Origin: Candidatus Omnitrophota bacterium
GTDB lineage: Bacteria; Omnitrophota; Gorgyraeia; Gygaellales; Profunditerraquicolaceae
Direction: 5' to 3'
Length of the DNA: 64,000 nucleotides
Assembly (NCBI GenBank): GCA_049275655.1
Contig: JBASUY010000057.1
Coordinates: 5,303 to 69,302, forward strand
Shown here piece after piece: positions 9,810 through 19,196 of the stretch (within the stretch, counting starts at the first letter, position 1; each line of letters opens with the position of its first letter). A program made the translations under genes and the position numbers. The notes under the pieces were generated by a model. It was not told where the DNA came from. It was given only the letters and a program-made list of their open reading frames with translations, and searched no databases.

Positions 9810-10003
9810 ACCTCTATACAAGAGTCCGGGCAGATAATTGCACATAAAGCGCACCCGATACACTCTTTGCTATCCCTAAACTTAACCGGCTGGTAACCGT
9901 TTATATTAAGGCCCTCATCCTTGCTAATTAAGCGCTTAGGGCATACCTCAATACACAAATAACATCCTTTGCATTTATCCTTATTTATAGTTATTTTTGG
10001 CAT
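9776..10003 (-). CDS. porD: 2-oxoacid:ferredoxin oxidoreductase delta subunit (2x[4Fe-4S] ferredoxin)
   Basis: It carries two CxxCxxCxxxCP motifs (CKGCYLCIEVCP and CIGCALCAIICP). Confidence 0.8.
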   Translation of the reverse strand: MPKITINKDKCKGCYLCIEVCPKRLISKDEGLNINGYQPVKFRDSKECIGCALCAIICPDSCIEVWQEKSRKKKY

Positions 10004-11853
10004 ACTGTTTTAACTACCTTATCTGCGATACCAACCGCAGACAATCCGTATTTCTCCAATAATAAATACCTCTTCCCATGAGGTATAAACTTACGCGGAA
10101 GCCCTATTTTAATTACCGGCTTTCCAATAGCTCCTTCTACCATAGAACCAAACCCTGTGTCTATTATCCCCTCTTCAATAGTAAAGATAAACTTAAATCT
10201 TTTATTTAATAGCCTCAAAGCCTCAATATCTAAAGGGTTTATAAAACGGGCATTTACCACTTCTGCTGATAAACCGCTCTTTAAGGCAATATCTGCTGCC
10301 TCCATAGATAAAGGCACCATACTCCCCAAAGCAATAATAGCAAGGTCTTCCCCTTTGCGTAGGGTTTCAAATTTCCCAAGCTCAATCTCTATTTTCCGAC
10401 TATCTTCTCCTAAAGGTGCATAGCCCCGAGGGTATCTTATTGTTACGGACTTACCGAGTTTCAACGCAAACCCTAACATCTCCTCAAGCTCAAGAGCATC
10501 TTTTGGCGCCATATTTACTAAATTAGGAACGGTATTTAAAAACCCTATATCAAATATACCCTGATGAGTAACCCCGTCTTCTCCCACTATCCCAGCGCGG
10601 TCAATACAAAAAACAACCGCCAAATCCTGTAAAGCAACGTCCTCAATTATCTGGTCATAGGCTCTCTGTAAAAAGGTAGAATAAATTGCAATTACCGGCT
10701 TTAAGCCACTCCTTGCTAACCCGGCAGAGAATGTCACTGCATGAGCCTCGGCAATCCCCACATCAAAGAATCTTTCAGGAAAAGCCTTACGAAACTTATC
10801 TAACCCTGTCCCCTCCGGCATAGCAGCAGTAACCGCCACAATCTTACTATCTTCTTTAGCTAACTCTAATAATTTTGCCGAGAATATATCGGTATAACTT
10901 TTTTGCCCGCTTTGCTTTTGTAAGAGAGAGCCTGTCTGTATATCAAATGGGCCTATGCCATGAAATCTTACAGGCTCTTCCTCTGCAGAAGAATACCCTT
11001 TACCCTTCTTAGTTACCACATGCACTATGCGCGGGCCTTTTATATTTAAGATATTTTTAAAAGAGCGTACTAAAAGGTCAATATTATGCCCTTCTAACGG
11101 CCCAAAATACCTAAAACCTAACTCTTCAAATAAAACCCCCGGGATAAAAAGCCCTTTTAACCCTTCTTCAAATTTATTGGCAAGCCTTAGAAGCCTCTTG
11201 CCCCTATTGCCACGGGAGGATAAAAAATTTACTAAAGAATCCCGAAAATGATTATAGACAGGGAGTGAGATTATCTTATTAAGGTAATTGCTTATTGCTC
11301 CGACATTAGGGGCAATGCTTAACTCATTGGTATTTAAAACAACGAGGATATCTTTTTTTAGGTGGCCAGAGTTATTAAGCCCTTCAAAACATAACCCTCC
11401 ACTTAATGATCCGTCACCGATAAGGGCCGCTACCTTAAAATGTTTTTGTCCCGGAAGAATATCCCTACCACAAGCTAACCCAAGCGCTAAAGATACGGCA
11501 TTAGAGGAATGCCCGGTAGTAAAGATATCATACTCCGGCGACTCAACCCTTGATGGAAATCCGCTTAACCCTTTGTATTGCCTTATAGTTGAAAATTCTG
11601 TGGCCCGGCCGGTAATTATCTTATGTGCGTAAGCCTGGTGGCCGACATCAAAGATTATCTTATCAAAGGGGGTATTTAAGCAGTAGTGCAAAGCAATAAT
11701 TACCTCTACTGCCCCTAAGCTTGCGGCAAGGTGGCCTCCGTTTACAGATACAACCTCTACCATCCTCTGGCGTATCTCGGTTGCTAAGGCTGTTAGTTCT
11801 TCTGTCTTTAACTTTCTTAGGTCTTGCGGAGAATGTATCTTTTCAAGCAACAT
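9991..11853 (-). CDS. dxs: 1-deoxy-D-xylulose-5-phosphate synthase
   Basis: The 620 aa product has a DXS N-terminus (LLEKIHSPQDLRKL). It has a TPP-binding GDG motif (IGDGSLSGG) and a transketolase-like C-terminal half. Confidence 0.9.
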   Translation of the reverse strand: MLLEKIHSPQDLRKLKTEELTALATEIRQRMVEVVSVNGGHLAASLGAVEVIIALHYCLNTPFDKIIFDVGHQAYAHKIITGRATEFSTIRQYKGLSGFPSRVESPEYDIFTTGHSSNAVSLALGLACGRDILPGQKHFKVAALIGDGSLSGGLCFEGLNNSGHLKKDILVVLNTNELSIAPNVGAISNYLNKIISLPVYNHFRDSLVNFLSSRGNRGKRLLRLANKFEEGLKGLFIPGVLFEELGFRYFGPLEGHNIDLLVRSFKNILNIKGPRIVHVVTKKGKGYSSAEEEPVRFHGIGPFDIQTGSLLQKQSGQKSYTDIFSAKLLELAKEDSKIVAVTAAMPEGTGLDKFRKAFPERFFDVGIAEAHAVTFSAGLARSGLKPVIAIYSTFLQRAYDQIIEDVALQDLAVVFCIDRAGIVGEDGVTHQGIFDIGFLNTVPNLVNMAPKDALELEEMLGFALKLGKSVTIRYPRGYAPLGEDSRKIEIELGKFETLRKGEDLAIIALGSMVPLSMEAADIALKSGLSAEVVNARFINPLDIEALRLLNKRFKFIFTIEEGIIDTGFGSMVEGAIGKPVIKIGLPRKFIPHGKRYLLLEKYGLSAVGIADKVVKTVCQK

Positions 11854-11855
11854 TA

Positions 11856-12086
11856 TTAATCTTCCTCTTCTTTAAACTTCTCCAATGTAAATTTACCCTC
11901 TTTTTTCATTAAAGACTCTACCCTTCTTTGGGCATCCTCAAGAAGCAAAGAGCAGCTTTGCGCAAGCTTAACCCCCTCTTCGTATTTCTTTAACGACTCT
12001 CCTAAGGTAAGCTTGCCGGAAGAAAGCTCCTCTACTATCTTCTGTAATTTCTTTAAATCGCCCTCAAAAGACTCTTTCTCTTTCAT
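11856..12086 (-). CDS. xseB: Exodeoxyribonuclease VII small subunit
   Basis: The 76 aa product reads FEGDLKKLQKIVEELSSGKLTLGESLKKYEEGVKLAQSC.LLEDAQRRVE, the XseB pattern. Confidence 0.85.
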   Translation of the reverse strand: MKEKESFEGDLKKLQKIVEELSSGKLTLGESLKKYEEGVKLAQSCSLLLEDAQRRVESLMKKEGKFTLEKFKEEED

Positions 12087-12099
12087 CTCTTTTTTCTCC

Positions 12100-13302
12100 T
12101 TAATTTACTTCTTCAACCTTGCTTATAAAAAATCCTTTATCAAGAATGGTCTTTATCTTATCCCCTATTTTTATCTTATCTGCATCCTTGATAACAACCC
12201 CTTGCGGGTACATCATGCTTAAACTATAGCCGCGGGATAATACTTTTAAGGGGCTTAAGGCATCGAGCCTACCGGCAGATAACCTCAATCTCTCTTTAGT
12301 TATATCTATTATCTGGCGGATATTATTCCCTAAAGAGGACGTAAGTTCATCTAAGAGCTGTATCTTCTCCTGAAGCTTATCCAGGGGGCTTTTCAAACTA
12401 TGTTTTAACCTAATTACTTCGTTCTTAAGAAGATTTATTTTCTCCGAAAAAGAAAACCCTATATCATATCTTAACTGGCTTATCTGATTTAAAAGAGCAA
12501 CCTTTTTATCTACTATAATTTTAGCCGCAGCAGTAGGTGTTTCAACAAAAAAATCTGCGGCTAAATCACAAAGGCTTGTATTTATCTGATGCCCGACCGC
12601 AGAGACAACCGGTATCGTAGAATCATAGACTGCGCGCACGCATGGCTCTTCATTAAATGCCCAAAGGTCTTCGGTACTGCCCCCTCCACGGCTTACAATA
12701 ATAAGGTCTATCCTACCAAACTCATTAAGCTCTTTTATCCCTTGGGCTATTTCAAGGCTTGCCCCTTCTCCCTGCACGCGTACCGGCCGGACTACAACGC
12801 CAACCCCAGGAGCGCCTTTCTTAAGTATTCCAAGTATGTCGCGTATAGCAGCGCCTGCGGATGAGGTAACTATCCCGACAGTAAAAGGCATCAAGGGCAA
12901 TGTTCTTTTACGCTCTAAAGAAAACACCCCTTCCTTAGAAAGCTTCTCTTTTAACTGCTCAAAAGCTAACTGCCTTGCGCCTATCCCCTTAGGCTCTATC
13001 CTCTCAACAATAAGTTGATACTGTCCACGAGGGCCATATACATCTACCCTGCCAAAACATATAACCTTAAGCCCGTCTTCAAGCCTAAATTTTAACTTGC
13101 GGTTTACATTTAAAAACATCGCTGCCCCTAAAACAGCTCTTTCGTCTTTTAGGGAAAAATAAAAGTGCCCCGAGGCAGCCGGCTTAAAATTAGATACCTC
13201 TCCCTCTACCCACACCCCCATGCCAAAGGAGTTTTCAAAGATTATCTTAATCTCCTGAGTAATATCCGATACGGTATATATATGTTTATCCTTTAGGACC
13301 AT
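12100..13302 (-). CDS. xseA: Exodeoxyribonuclease VII large subunit
   Basis: It has an N-terminal OB fold (VWVEGEVSNFKPAASGHFYFSLKDE) and an XseA catalytic domain (RGGGSTEDLWAFNEE). It lies immediately upstream of xseB. Confidence 0.9.
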   Translation of the reverse strand: MVLKDKHIYTVSDITQEIKIIFENSFGMGVWVEGEVSNFKPAASGHFYFSLKDERAVLGAAMFLNVNRKLKFRLEDGLKVICFGRVDVYGPRGQYQLIVERIEPKGIGARQLAFEQLKEKLSKEGVFSLERKRTLPLMPFTVGIVTSSAGAAIRDILGILKKGAPGVGVVVRPVRVQGEGASLEIAQGIKELNEFGRIDLIIVSRGGGSTEDLWAFNEEPCVRAVYDSTIPVVSAVGHQINTSLCDLAADFFVETPTAAAKIIVDKKVALLNQISQLRYDIGFSFSEKINLLKNEVIRLKHSLKSPLDKLQEKIQLLDELTSSLGNNIRQIIDITKERLRLSAGRLDALSPLKVLSRGYSLSMMYPQGVVIKDADKIKIGDKIKTILDKGFFISKVEEVN

Positions 13303-14992
13303 CGCCCTGCTTTTTTAATATAAGAAGATTAACTGAATAAGGGGTAATTTTTAATTCATCCTGGAATCTCCCTTGAGGAGAAATATTTTTTTCTTCTACC
13401 GGTTTAAATTCACACCCCAAACCACAAGAAGAGTCAACTGTAAAACGGCTGTATGCATATTCTCCATTAATGCCTTTGGTTGTTAATTTAATAACCCGCG
13501 GAGATTCTGCGGCATCCTTTGCCCTATCCGCAAGCTGGCGCGCCTTTATTAAAATCGACTTTACCTTCTCATTTGCCCGCAAAGCACGCTCATCTATTTG
13601 ATAACTGATAAACTTTTCTAACTGATTGCTTTTTATTATTTGAAGCAGGTTCTGCCTCTCAGAGCTATTAAGCCCTAAAATATTATGAGAAAGAAAACTC
13701 TTTACAATATCAGGATCAATATAATTATAAATAAGTAAGGTTATTCCCTCGGAAGATTTTGTAGCAATAGCCCCGCAAAACTCATCAAAAGATACCACCT
13801 TATACATCTCCGGGCCAAGCATGCTCATCATCCTAAAAACATTGTATATTGATTTTGGAGCCTCTTTATGCTGCAGTAAGGATGAATCAATATAAAACGC
13901 CCCGATATTTCGGGTAACCTTCTCTAGATTGTCTTGAAAATCTTCAAGTGAAAAATATACCTGATTATCCAACCCTGCCTCGTACATATTCTTTATCCGT
14001 GCAGGTATATAGCTTCCTGCGATATAAGATTTTTTTCTTCTGGCAGGCAAGAGATTAACATCACGGTCAAAATTCCATTCGTCAACTATTAAAGGGGTAT
14101 CGCGCTTAAAATTAAAATAAGAAAGCCAATCACGGATTAACTCTATAGCATTCTTATTATATATAGTTGCCTCTTTTTCTATTTTTGGATCGGAGGAAAA
14201 GGCATGCCAAGTAATAAAATTAAGCGGCAAGGAATTTGCAGAAGCAAACTTTATCAGGTCATAAATTAAACTTCTTTCCGGAGTTAAGGCATTGTTGCCC
14301 TCTAAGTTATGAAACCAGCCACTTAAGCTTGGAGCGCCAACTGATATATCAACCTTATATTGCGCGCTTAACTCTTTAGCGCTCTCGGCAAATACCCTAT
14401 ACATATTAAAATAATCCTGTTTACTACCGATAAAAAAATCGTCTGAATCCGGAGAGGACCAAACCTCATACCAAATATTATATTTTTTTTCACAACTTAA
14501 ATACCTCATCGTCTCCTTAATTAAAACCTTGAAAGCCTCTAAGTTTAAAGGCGCGCTCTTTTTATCCAATGCCTTTCCTAACCCCGGAGGAGTACCATAA
14601 AGATTCAGCAAAACTATACCCTTAGCATCAGATACAGCCTTAATAATCTCCTCATAGTTAGCCAGAAGTTTATCCTGTGCTTCTTTATCTTTAGCCAGCT
14701 GGCTTATCTCCCAAAGGTTGTATTGAACACGATAGACGCCTAAAAAACCTATATCCCTACCCCAAACCTCTAAAACCTCTTTAGCAGCCATATTCTGCGG
14801 CCAAGTATCATCTTTATGAAACCCCCTCCCACCTAAATCAATATTGGGGCGGAAAATAGACGGGGTGGGGATAGTGCTTAAAGAGGTATCTAAAAATAAC
14901 TCTATAGTAGTATTATCTTGTGAGTATATTAAGTGGGAAAGAGAAAAGATAATAAGAAGAATTAAGATTGATATCCTACGGAGGTTAAACAT
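13286..14992 (-). CDS. Secreted TIM-barrel protein resembling clan GH-A glycoside hydrolases (GH39/GH5-like), catalytic acid motif not conserved
   Basis: It has a signal peptide (MFNLRRISILILLIIFSLSHLIYS). The segment NIWYEVWSSPD aligns to the WEVWNEP acid/base strand of GH39/GH5 but reads SSP instead of NEP. A candidate nucleophile strand is IVDEWNF. Confidence 0.3.
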   Translation of the reverse strand: MFNLRRISILILLIIFSLSHLIYSQDNTTIELFLDTSLSTIPTPSIFRPNIDLGGRGFHKDDTWPQNMAAKEVLEVWGRDIGFLGVYRVQYNLWEISQLAKDKEAQDKLLANYEEIIKAVSDAKGIVLLNLYGTPPGLGKALDKKSAPLNLEAFKVLIKETMRYLSCEKKYNIWYEVWSSPDSDDFFIGSKQDYFNMYRVFAESAKELSAQYKVDISVGAPSLSGWFHNLEGNNALTPERSLIYDLIKFASANSLPLNFITWHAFSSDPKIEKEATIYNKNAIELIRDWLSYFNFKRDTPLIVDEWNFDRDVNLLPARRKKSYIAGSYIPARIKNMYEAGLDNQVYFSLEDFQDNLEKVTRNIGAFYIDSSLLQHKEAPKSIYNVFRMMSMLGPEMYKVVSFDEFCGAIATKSSEGITLLIYNYIDPDIVKSFLSHNILGLNSSERQNLLQIIKSNQLEKFISYQIDERALRANEKVKSILIKARQLADRAKDAAESPRVIKLTTKGINGEYAYSRFTVDSSCGLGCEFKPVEEKNISPQGRFQDELKITPYSVNLLILKKQGDGPKG

Positions 14993-15770
14993 GTAGTTTC
15001 TCCTGTATTCTTACAATGGAGCGAGACTTACCGCTATTACTGTCTATATCTAAGACTACTGCATGCAATTGAACGTTTTCTTCGGCTACCTCAAACCTAA
15101 CCGGGATTGATGTAAGAAAACGCGTTAAGACATTATCTACCTTCCTACCGATAACCGAGTCATACGCCCCGCACATGCCCACATCAGTAATATACCCGGT
15201 GCCTAAAGAGAGTATCTTTTCATCCGCAGTCTGTATATGGGTATGCGTGCCTAATACCGCCGATACCTTGCCATTAAGATACCATCCTAAGGCGACCTTC
15301 TCTGAGGTTGCTTCGGCGTGAATATCTACGATTATGATATTGGTCTCCTTGGATAACTCTTCATAAGCAGCCTGCGAAGTTTTAAACGGGCATTCCAATG
15401 CATCCATAAATACCCTGCCATTAACATTAATCACCCCTATCCTTTCCTGCCCCTTAGTTTTAAATATACGCTTTCCGTTCCCCGGAGCGCCTGAAGGATA
15501 ATTCAATGGCCTTAATATCCTCTCTTCATAATTAACTAACTCAAATGTCTCTTTCTTCTTCCAAATATGGTCTCCGGAAGTTAAAACATCTACTCCATAG
15601 TTAAATAATTCTTCGGAGACTTTTTGGGTAATACCCGAGCCTCCTGAAGCATTCTCGGCATTGGCGATCACAAAATCAAGGGAATGCTGAGACTTTAATT
15701 TGGGCAATAAGATTCTCACAGCCTCTCTGCCGGGCTTGCCTACTATATCACCAATAAAAAGTATCTTCAT
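14985..15770 (-). CDS. ymdB: YmdB-family metallophosphoesterase (2',3'-cyclic-nucleotide 2'-phosphodiesterase)
   Basis: It has the TIGR00282-like N-terminus MKILFIGDIVGKPGREAV and metallophosphatase motifs (GDH, GTHTH). It lies downstream of rny as in Bacillus. Confidence 0.85.
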   Translation of the reverse strand: MKILFIGDIVGKPGREAVRILLPKLKSQHSLDFVIANAENASGGSGITQKVSEELFNYGVDVLTSGDHIWKKKETFELVNYEERILRPLNYPSGAPGNGKRIFKTKGQERIGVINVNGRVFMDALECPFKTSQAAYEELSKETNIIIVDIHAEATSEKVALGWYLNGKVSAVLGTHTHIQTADEKILSLGTGYITDVGMCGAYDSVIGRKVDNVLTRFLTSIPVRFEVAEENVQLHAVVLDIDSNSGKSRSIVRIQEKLHV

Positions 15771-15841
15771 AAATTTCCTTTCTTTAAAAACAACTTATAC
15801 TGCTAAAAAAATACCTAACCTTAAACCTTATGCTAAGGATG

Positions 15842-17398
15842 CTATTTTGCGTATTCAATTGCCCTTGTCTCTCTAATAACCGTAACCTTAATTTGTCCCG
15901 GATACTCCATGCCTTCTTCTATTTTTTTACGGATATCCCTTGCCATAACCGTAGCTTCGCTATCGGTTATCTTATCCGGTTGAACAATAACACGTATCTC
16001 TCTACCTGCCTGAATAGCAAAAGATTTATCAACCCCTTTAAATAAATTAGCAATGGATTCTAACTTTTCAAGCCTTTTAATATAAGTCTCAAGCGTCTCC
16101 CGGCGCGCTCCCGGACGGGAAGCGCTTATTGCATCTGCAGCTATCGCCAAAACCCCAAAAATATTCTGTATTGGAGCTTCTTCATGATGGGATTCAATAG
16201 CCGATACGATCTCAGCAGATTCTCCGTACTTCTTAGCTAACTCTGCCCCTATCCTTGCGTGTGTCCCTTCCACCTGATGGTCAACTGCCTTGCCTATATC
16301 GTGTAGCAGGCCTATTCTACGCGCAAGCTTAAAATCAAGCCCTAACTCTGAAGCCATAGCGCCCAAAAGGAAAGACGATTCTTTAGAATGCTGCAGGGCA
16401 TTTTGCCCATAACTTGTGCGGTATTTAAGCCTCCCTAAAAGTTTGATTATCTCAGGGTGCAGGCCATTGACCTGCGCTTCAAACGCCGCCCGCTCCCCCT
16501 CTTCGCGTATCTTCTCATCCATCTCTTTTTTTGTCTTTTCAACTATTTCTTCAATCCTCCCGGGGTGAATCCTCCCATCGGAGAGAAGCTTCTCTAAGCT
16601 TAAACGGGCTATCTCACGGCGCACCGTATCAAAAGCAGAGATAGTAACTGCTTCCGGGGTATCATCAATAATAATATCTACTCCCGTAGCCATCTCTAAA
16701 GCACGGATATTCCTCCCCTCCCTACCGATAACCCTCCCCTTCATCTCGTCGTTAGGCAAGGCTACTACGCTTACGGTAGATTCAACTGTATGCTCCGCCG
16801 CGCATTTTTGTATGGCAAGGCTTATTATCTCTCTAGCCTTTTTATTAGAAGTAGCGCGAAGGTCCTCCTCTTCTTTTTTTATTAACGCCGCCTTCTCATT
16901 ATTCAACTCTTCATTAAGCCGGTTTAAAAGAATCTGTTTTGCCTCTTCGGCTGAAAGAGATGAAATCTTCTGCAGCCTCTCTTTCTCCTCTGCGATTAAT
17001 AAATGCAGTTGGTTATCTTTAAGCTTTAAGGCCTCTTCTTGTTTCTTAAACCCTTCATGCTTTACATCCAGGTCTTTCTCTTTCTTCTCTAAAAGATCAA
17101 GCCTACGGTCAATATTCTCCTCTTTCTGGGCAAGGCGCTTCTCCATATTGGATATCTCAAGACGCCTATCTTTAGTCTCGCGTTCAAAATCCTGCCGAAT
17201 ACGATAGAGAAGGTCCTTTGCCTCTAACTCCACCTCCCTGCGTTTATCAATGGCTTCTTTTTCAGCTTGTTTTAAAATGCCTTCTGCCTGAGACTCGGCA
17301 TCTTGAATCTTTTTCTCAGCTAAGCGCTTCCTTAAAGTATAGCCAAGAAAAGCGGCTAATAACACTAATGGTATGGTTATAATTAAGGTATTTAACAT
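15842..17398 (-). CDS. rny: Ribonuclease Y
   Basis: It has an N-terminal TM helix and a long coiled coil. It has a KH domain (GRVIGREGRNIRALEMATGVDIIIDD) and an HD domain (LLHDIGKAVDH...H). The protein is 518 aa. Confidence 0.9.
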   Translation of the reverse strand: MLNTLIITIPLVLLAAFLGYTLRKRLAEKKIQDAESQAEGILKQAEKEAIDKRREVELEAKDLLYRIRQDFERETKDRRLEISNMEKRLAQKEENIDRRLDLLEKKEKDLDVKHEGFKKQEEALKLKDNQLHLLIAEEKERLQKISSLSAEEAKQILLNRLNEELNNEKAALIKKEEEDLRATSNKKAREIISLAIQKCAAEHTVESTVSVVALPNDEMKGRVIGREGRNIRALEMATGVDIIIDDTPEAVTISAFDTVRREIARLSLEKLLSDGRIHPGRIEEIVEKTKKEMDEKIREEGERAAFEAQVNGLHPEIIKLLGRLKYRTSYGQNALQHSKESSFLLGAMASELGLDFKLARRIGLLHDIGKAVDHQVEGTHARIGAELAKKYGESAEIVSAIESHHEEAPIQNIFGVLAIAADAISASRPGARRETLETYIKRLEKLESIANLFKGVDKSFAIQAGREIRVIVQPDKITDSEATVMARDIRKKIEEGMEYPGQIKVTVIRETRAIEYAK

Positions 17399-17440
17399 CG
17401 GATCCTCCTTAGGATAGAATTACAAGGTTTTCAGCTAATT

Positions 17441-18019
17441 TTAGGCAAAGAGGACTTTTGTTACGCTTATATCGGAAGAGGTAGTAGGAACCTTGGGTAA
17501 GATTTGCATGCTAAATGCCAAACCAATAGAAGAAGTCTCTTTAGGAATCTTCTTTAAGAAGCGGTCATAATAACCTTTACCGCGCCCTAATCGGTTGCCT
17601 TTTTTATCAAATGCTAAACCCGGAACAATCACTAAATCCAAGTCTTTTAAACCAATATAGCGGCTTGTAACCGGCTCGGATACGCCGTAAGGGCCCTTTT
17701 TTAGTCGGCTATGAGGCCGCAACAGGACCGGCAATAAAGATCTTCTATTTTTTATACAGGCTGGCACAGCGATAATCTTACCTAATTTTTTAGCTCCTTT
17801 AATCATCTCTTTAGTCTCTACCTCGCCCTTCAAGGCGATATAAAACATTACTCTCTTTGCTTTCTTAAATATCGGTTCTTTAAAAAGTTTTTCTTTAATT
17901 AAACGGCTCTTTTTACTACGCTCTTCCTCCTTCTGTTTTTTTAACTTAAGTAGGATTTTACTACGTATTTTATCTTTTGTCAACCTGACTTCTGCGCTAC
18001 AGATGTTTTTTACTCTCAT
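17441..18019 (-). CDS. 5-formyltetrahydrofolate cyclo-ligase
   Basis: The C-terminal motif is VIVPGLAFDKKGNRLGRGKGYYDRFL, the 5-FTHF cyclo-ligase signature. Confidence 0.75.
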   Translation of the reverse strand: MRVKNICSAEVRLTKDKIRSKILLKLKKQKEEERSKKSRLIKEKLFKEPIFKKAKRVMFYIALKGEVETKEMIKGAKKLGKIIAVPACIKNRRSLLPVLLRPHSRLKKGPYGVSEPVTSRYIGLKDLDLVIVPGLAFDKKGNRLGRGKGYYDRFLKKIPKETSSIGLAFSMQILPKVPTTSSDISVTKVLFA

Positions 18020-18434
18020 CTAAATGCTCTTTTTCATCAAAAGGCACAGGCCTGCCTTGTTTTTGGTAATAATCTTTTAAGGCTGAACGCAACGCCTCTT
18101 CGGCTAAAACTGAACAATGCATTTTAACCGGCGGCAACCCCCCTAGGGCATCTACAACTTCCTTGTTAGTTATTTTTAGGGCATCGGCTATGGTCTTACC
18201 TTTAACCATCTCTGTAACCATAGAGCTTGTAGCTAAGGCTGCGCCGCAGCCAAAAGTCTTAAATTTAATATCCACAATGATATCGCCTTCTATCTTTAAA
18301 AACATCTTCATTACATCTCCACAGACAGGATTTCCAACGGTTCCTATACCGCTGGCATCAGGAATCTCCCCGACATTTCTGGGGTTAGCAAAATGATCCA
18401 TAACTTTTTCATTATAAGGAAATTGTTTATTCAT
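17997..18434 (-). CDS. iscU: Fe-S cluster assembly scaffold protein IscU/NifU-like
   Basis: It contains HFANPRNVGEIPDASGIGTVGNPVCGDVMKMFLKI...FKTFGCGAALATSS...MHCSVLAEEA, with the three conserved Cys. Confidence 0.85.
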   Translation of the reverse strand: MNKQFPYNEKVMDHFANPRNVGEIPDASGIGTVGNPVCGDVMKMFLKIEGDIIVDIKFKTFGCGAALATSSMVTEMVKGKTIADALKITNKEVVDALGGLPPVKMHCSVLAEEALRSALKDYYQKQGRPVPFDEKEHLDESKKHL

Positions 18435-18457
18435 TTATGCCTCTTATCGTAATTTTA

Positions 18458-19111
18458 CTATTTTGCAAATATCAGTTTATGCGGCTTGCCTGATTTCTTA
18501 AAATCTTTTGCCGGGTTAATTTCTTTTAAAGAGGATAGTTTTTTAGCCTTTTCTAATTCCCTATAAATCAAAACCCAAACGCAATCCTGCTCATTGTCCA
18601 CTTCACACTTTCCTCTTTTCATCCCTCCGCAAGGGCCATTAAGAAGAGCTTTTGGGCAGAGTGTCACCGGGCATATCCCTCCGGTTCTGTCCAATATACA
18701 CTCTCCGCACATAGAGCACTTCTCATAAAAATTCCCTTTAGCATCCATTACCGCGCCAAAGGTAGTATTAAGCGCAGGAAATGCCGGCAAGCCAAGACGG
18801 TCATTATCCTTAAAAGACTGTAACCCCAAACCGCAGGCTAAGACCAAAACCGCATCTGTCTCTTGTAGCGCTTTTATATTTTTTGCTATCTCACTTTTAA
18901 GTTTTGCCGCTACACAAGGCGCAGAAGGAATACAGCTTCCGGTAATAATCTTACCGGTAGACTCTAAGTCTTTTTTCATCTTAGCTACCTCTGCCTCCCC
19001 CCCAGTCTTACAGGCAGTAGCACACTCTCCGCAACCAATAATAAAAATCTTAGAGTAGCCTTTTAAGCTATCTACAATAGCCTGAATAGGTTTTCTCTCT
19101 GTTATAATCAT
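18458..19111 (-). CDS. Cys-rich protein resembling the methylenetetrahydrofolate reductase C-terminal domain (MetV-like zinc-ribbon protein)
   Basis: It has multiple CxxC pairs (GCGECATAC, CSMCGEC, CPVTLCPK) and the LNGPCGG motif characteristic of the MTHFR_C/MetV family. This is my recollection of that family signature, not a database hit. Confidence 0.4.
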   Translation of the reverse strand: MIITERKPIQAIVDSLKGYSKIFIIGCGECATACKTGGEAEVAKMKKDLESTGKIITGSCIPSAPCVAAKLKSEIAKNIKALQETDAVLVLACGLGLQSFKDNDRLGLPAFPALNTTFGAVMDAKGNFYEKCSMCGECILDRTGGICPVTLCPKALLNGPCGGMKRGKCEVDNEQDCVWVLIYRELEKAKKLSSLKEINPAKDFKKSGKPHKLIFAK

Positions 19112-19149
19112 AAAAGGATTTTAACATTAATATGCGTTATTCTCAAGAA

Positions 19150-19196
19150 AAATAATAACTGAGGGACACCCGTAGCTTTAGCAGATTGGGTGTCCC
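19150..19196 (-). terminator. Rho-independent terminator directly after the EF-G fusion gene (also hairpin-competent on + strand)
   Basis: It is a 9-bp GC-rich inverted repeat (gggacaccc ... gggtgtccc at 19163..19196) with a 16-nt loop. On the minus strand it is followed by a T-rich run, and on the plus strand by tattcttttttttg. Confidence 0.6.
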
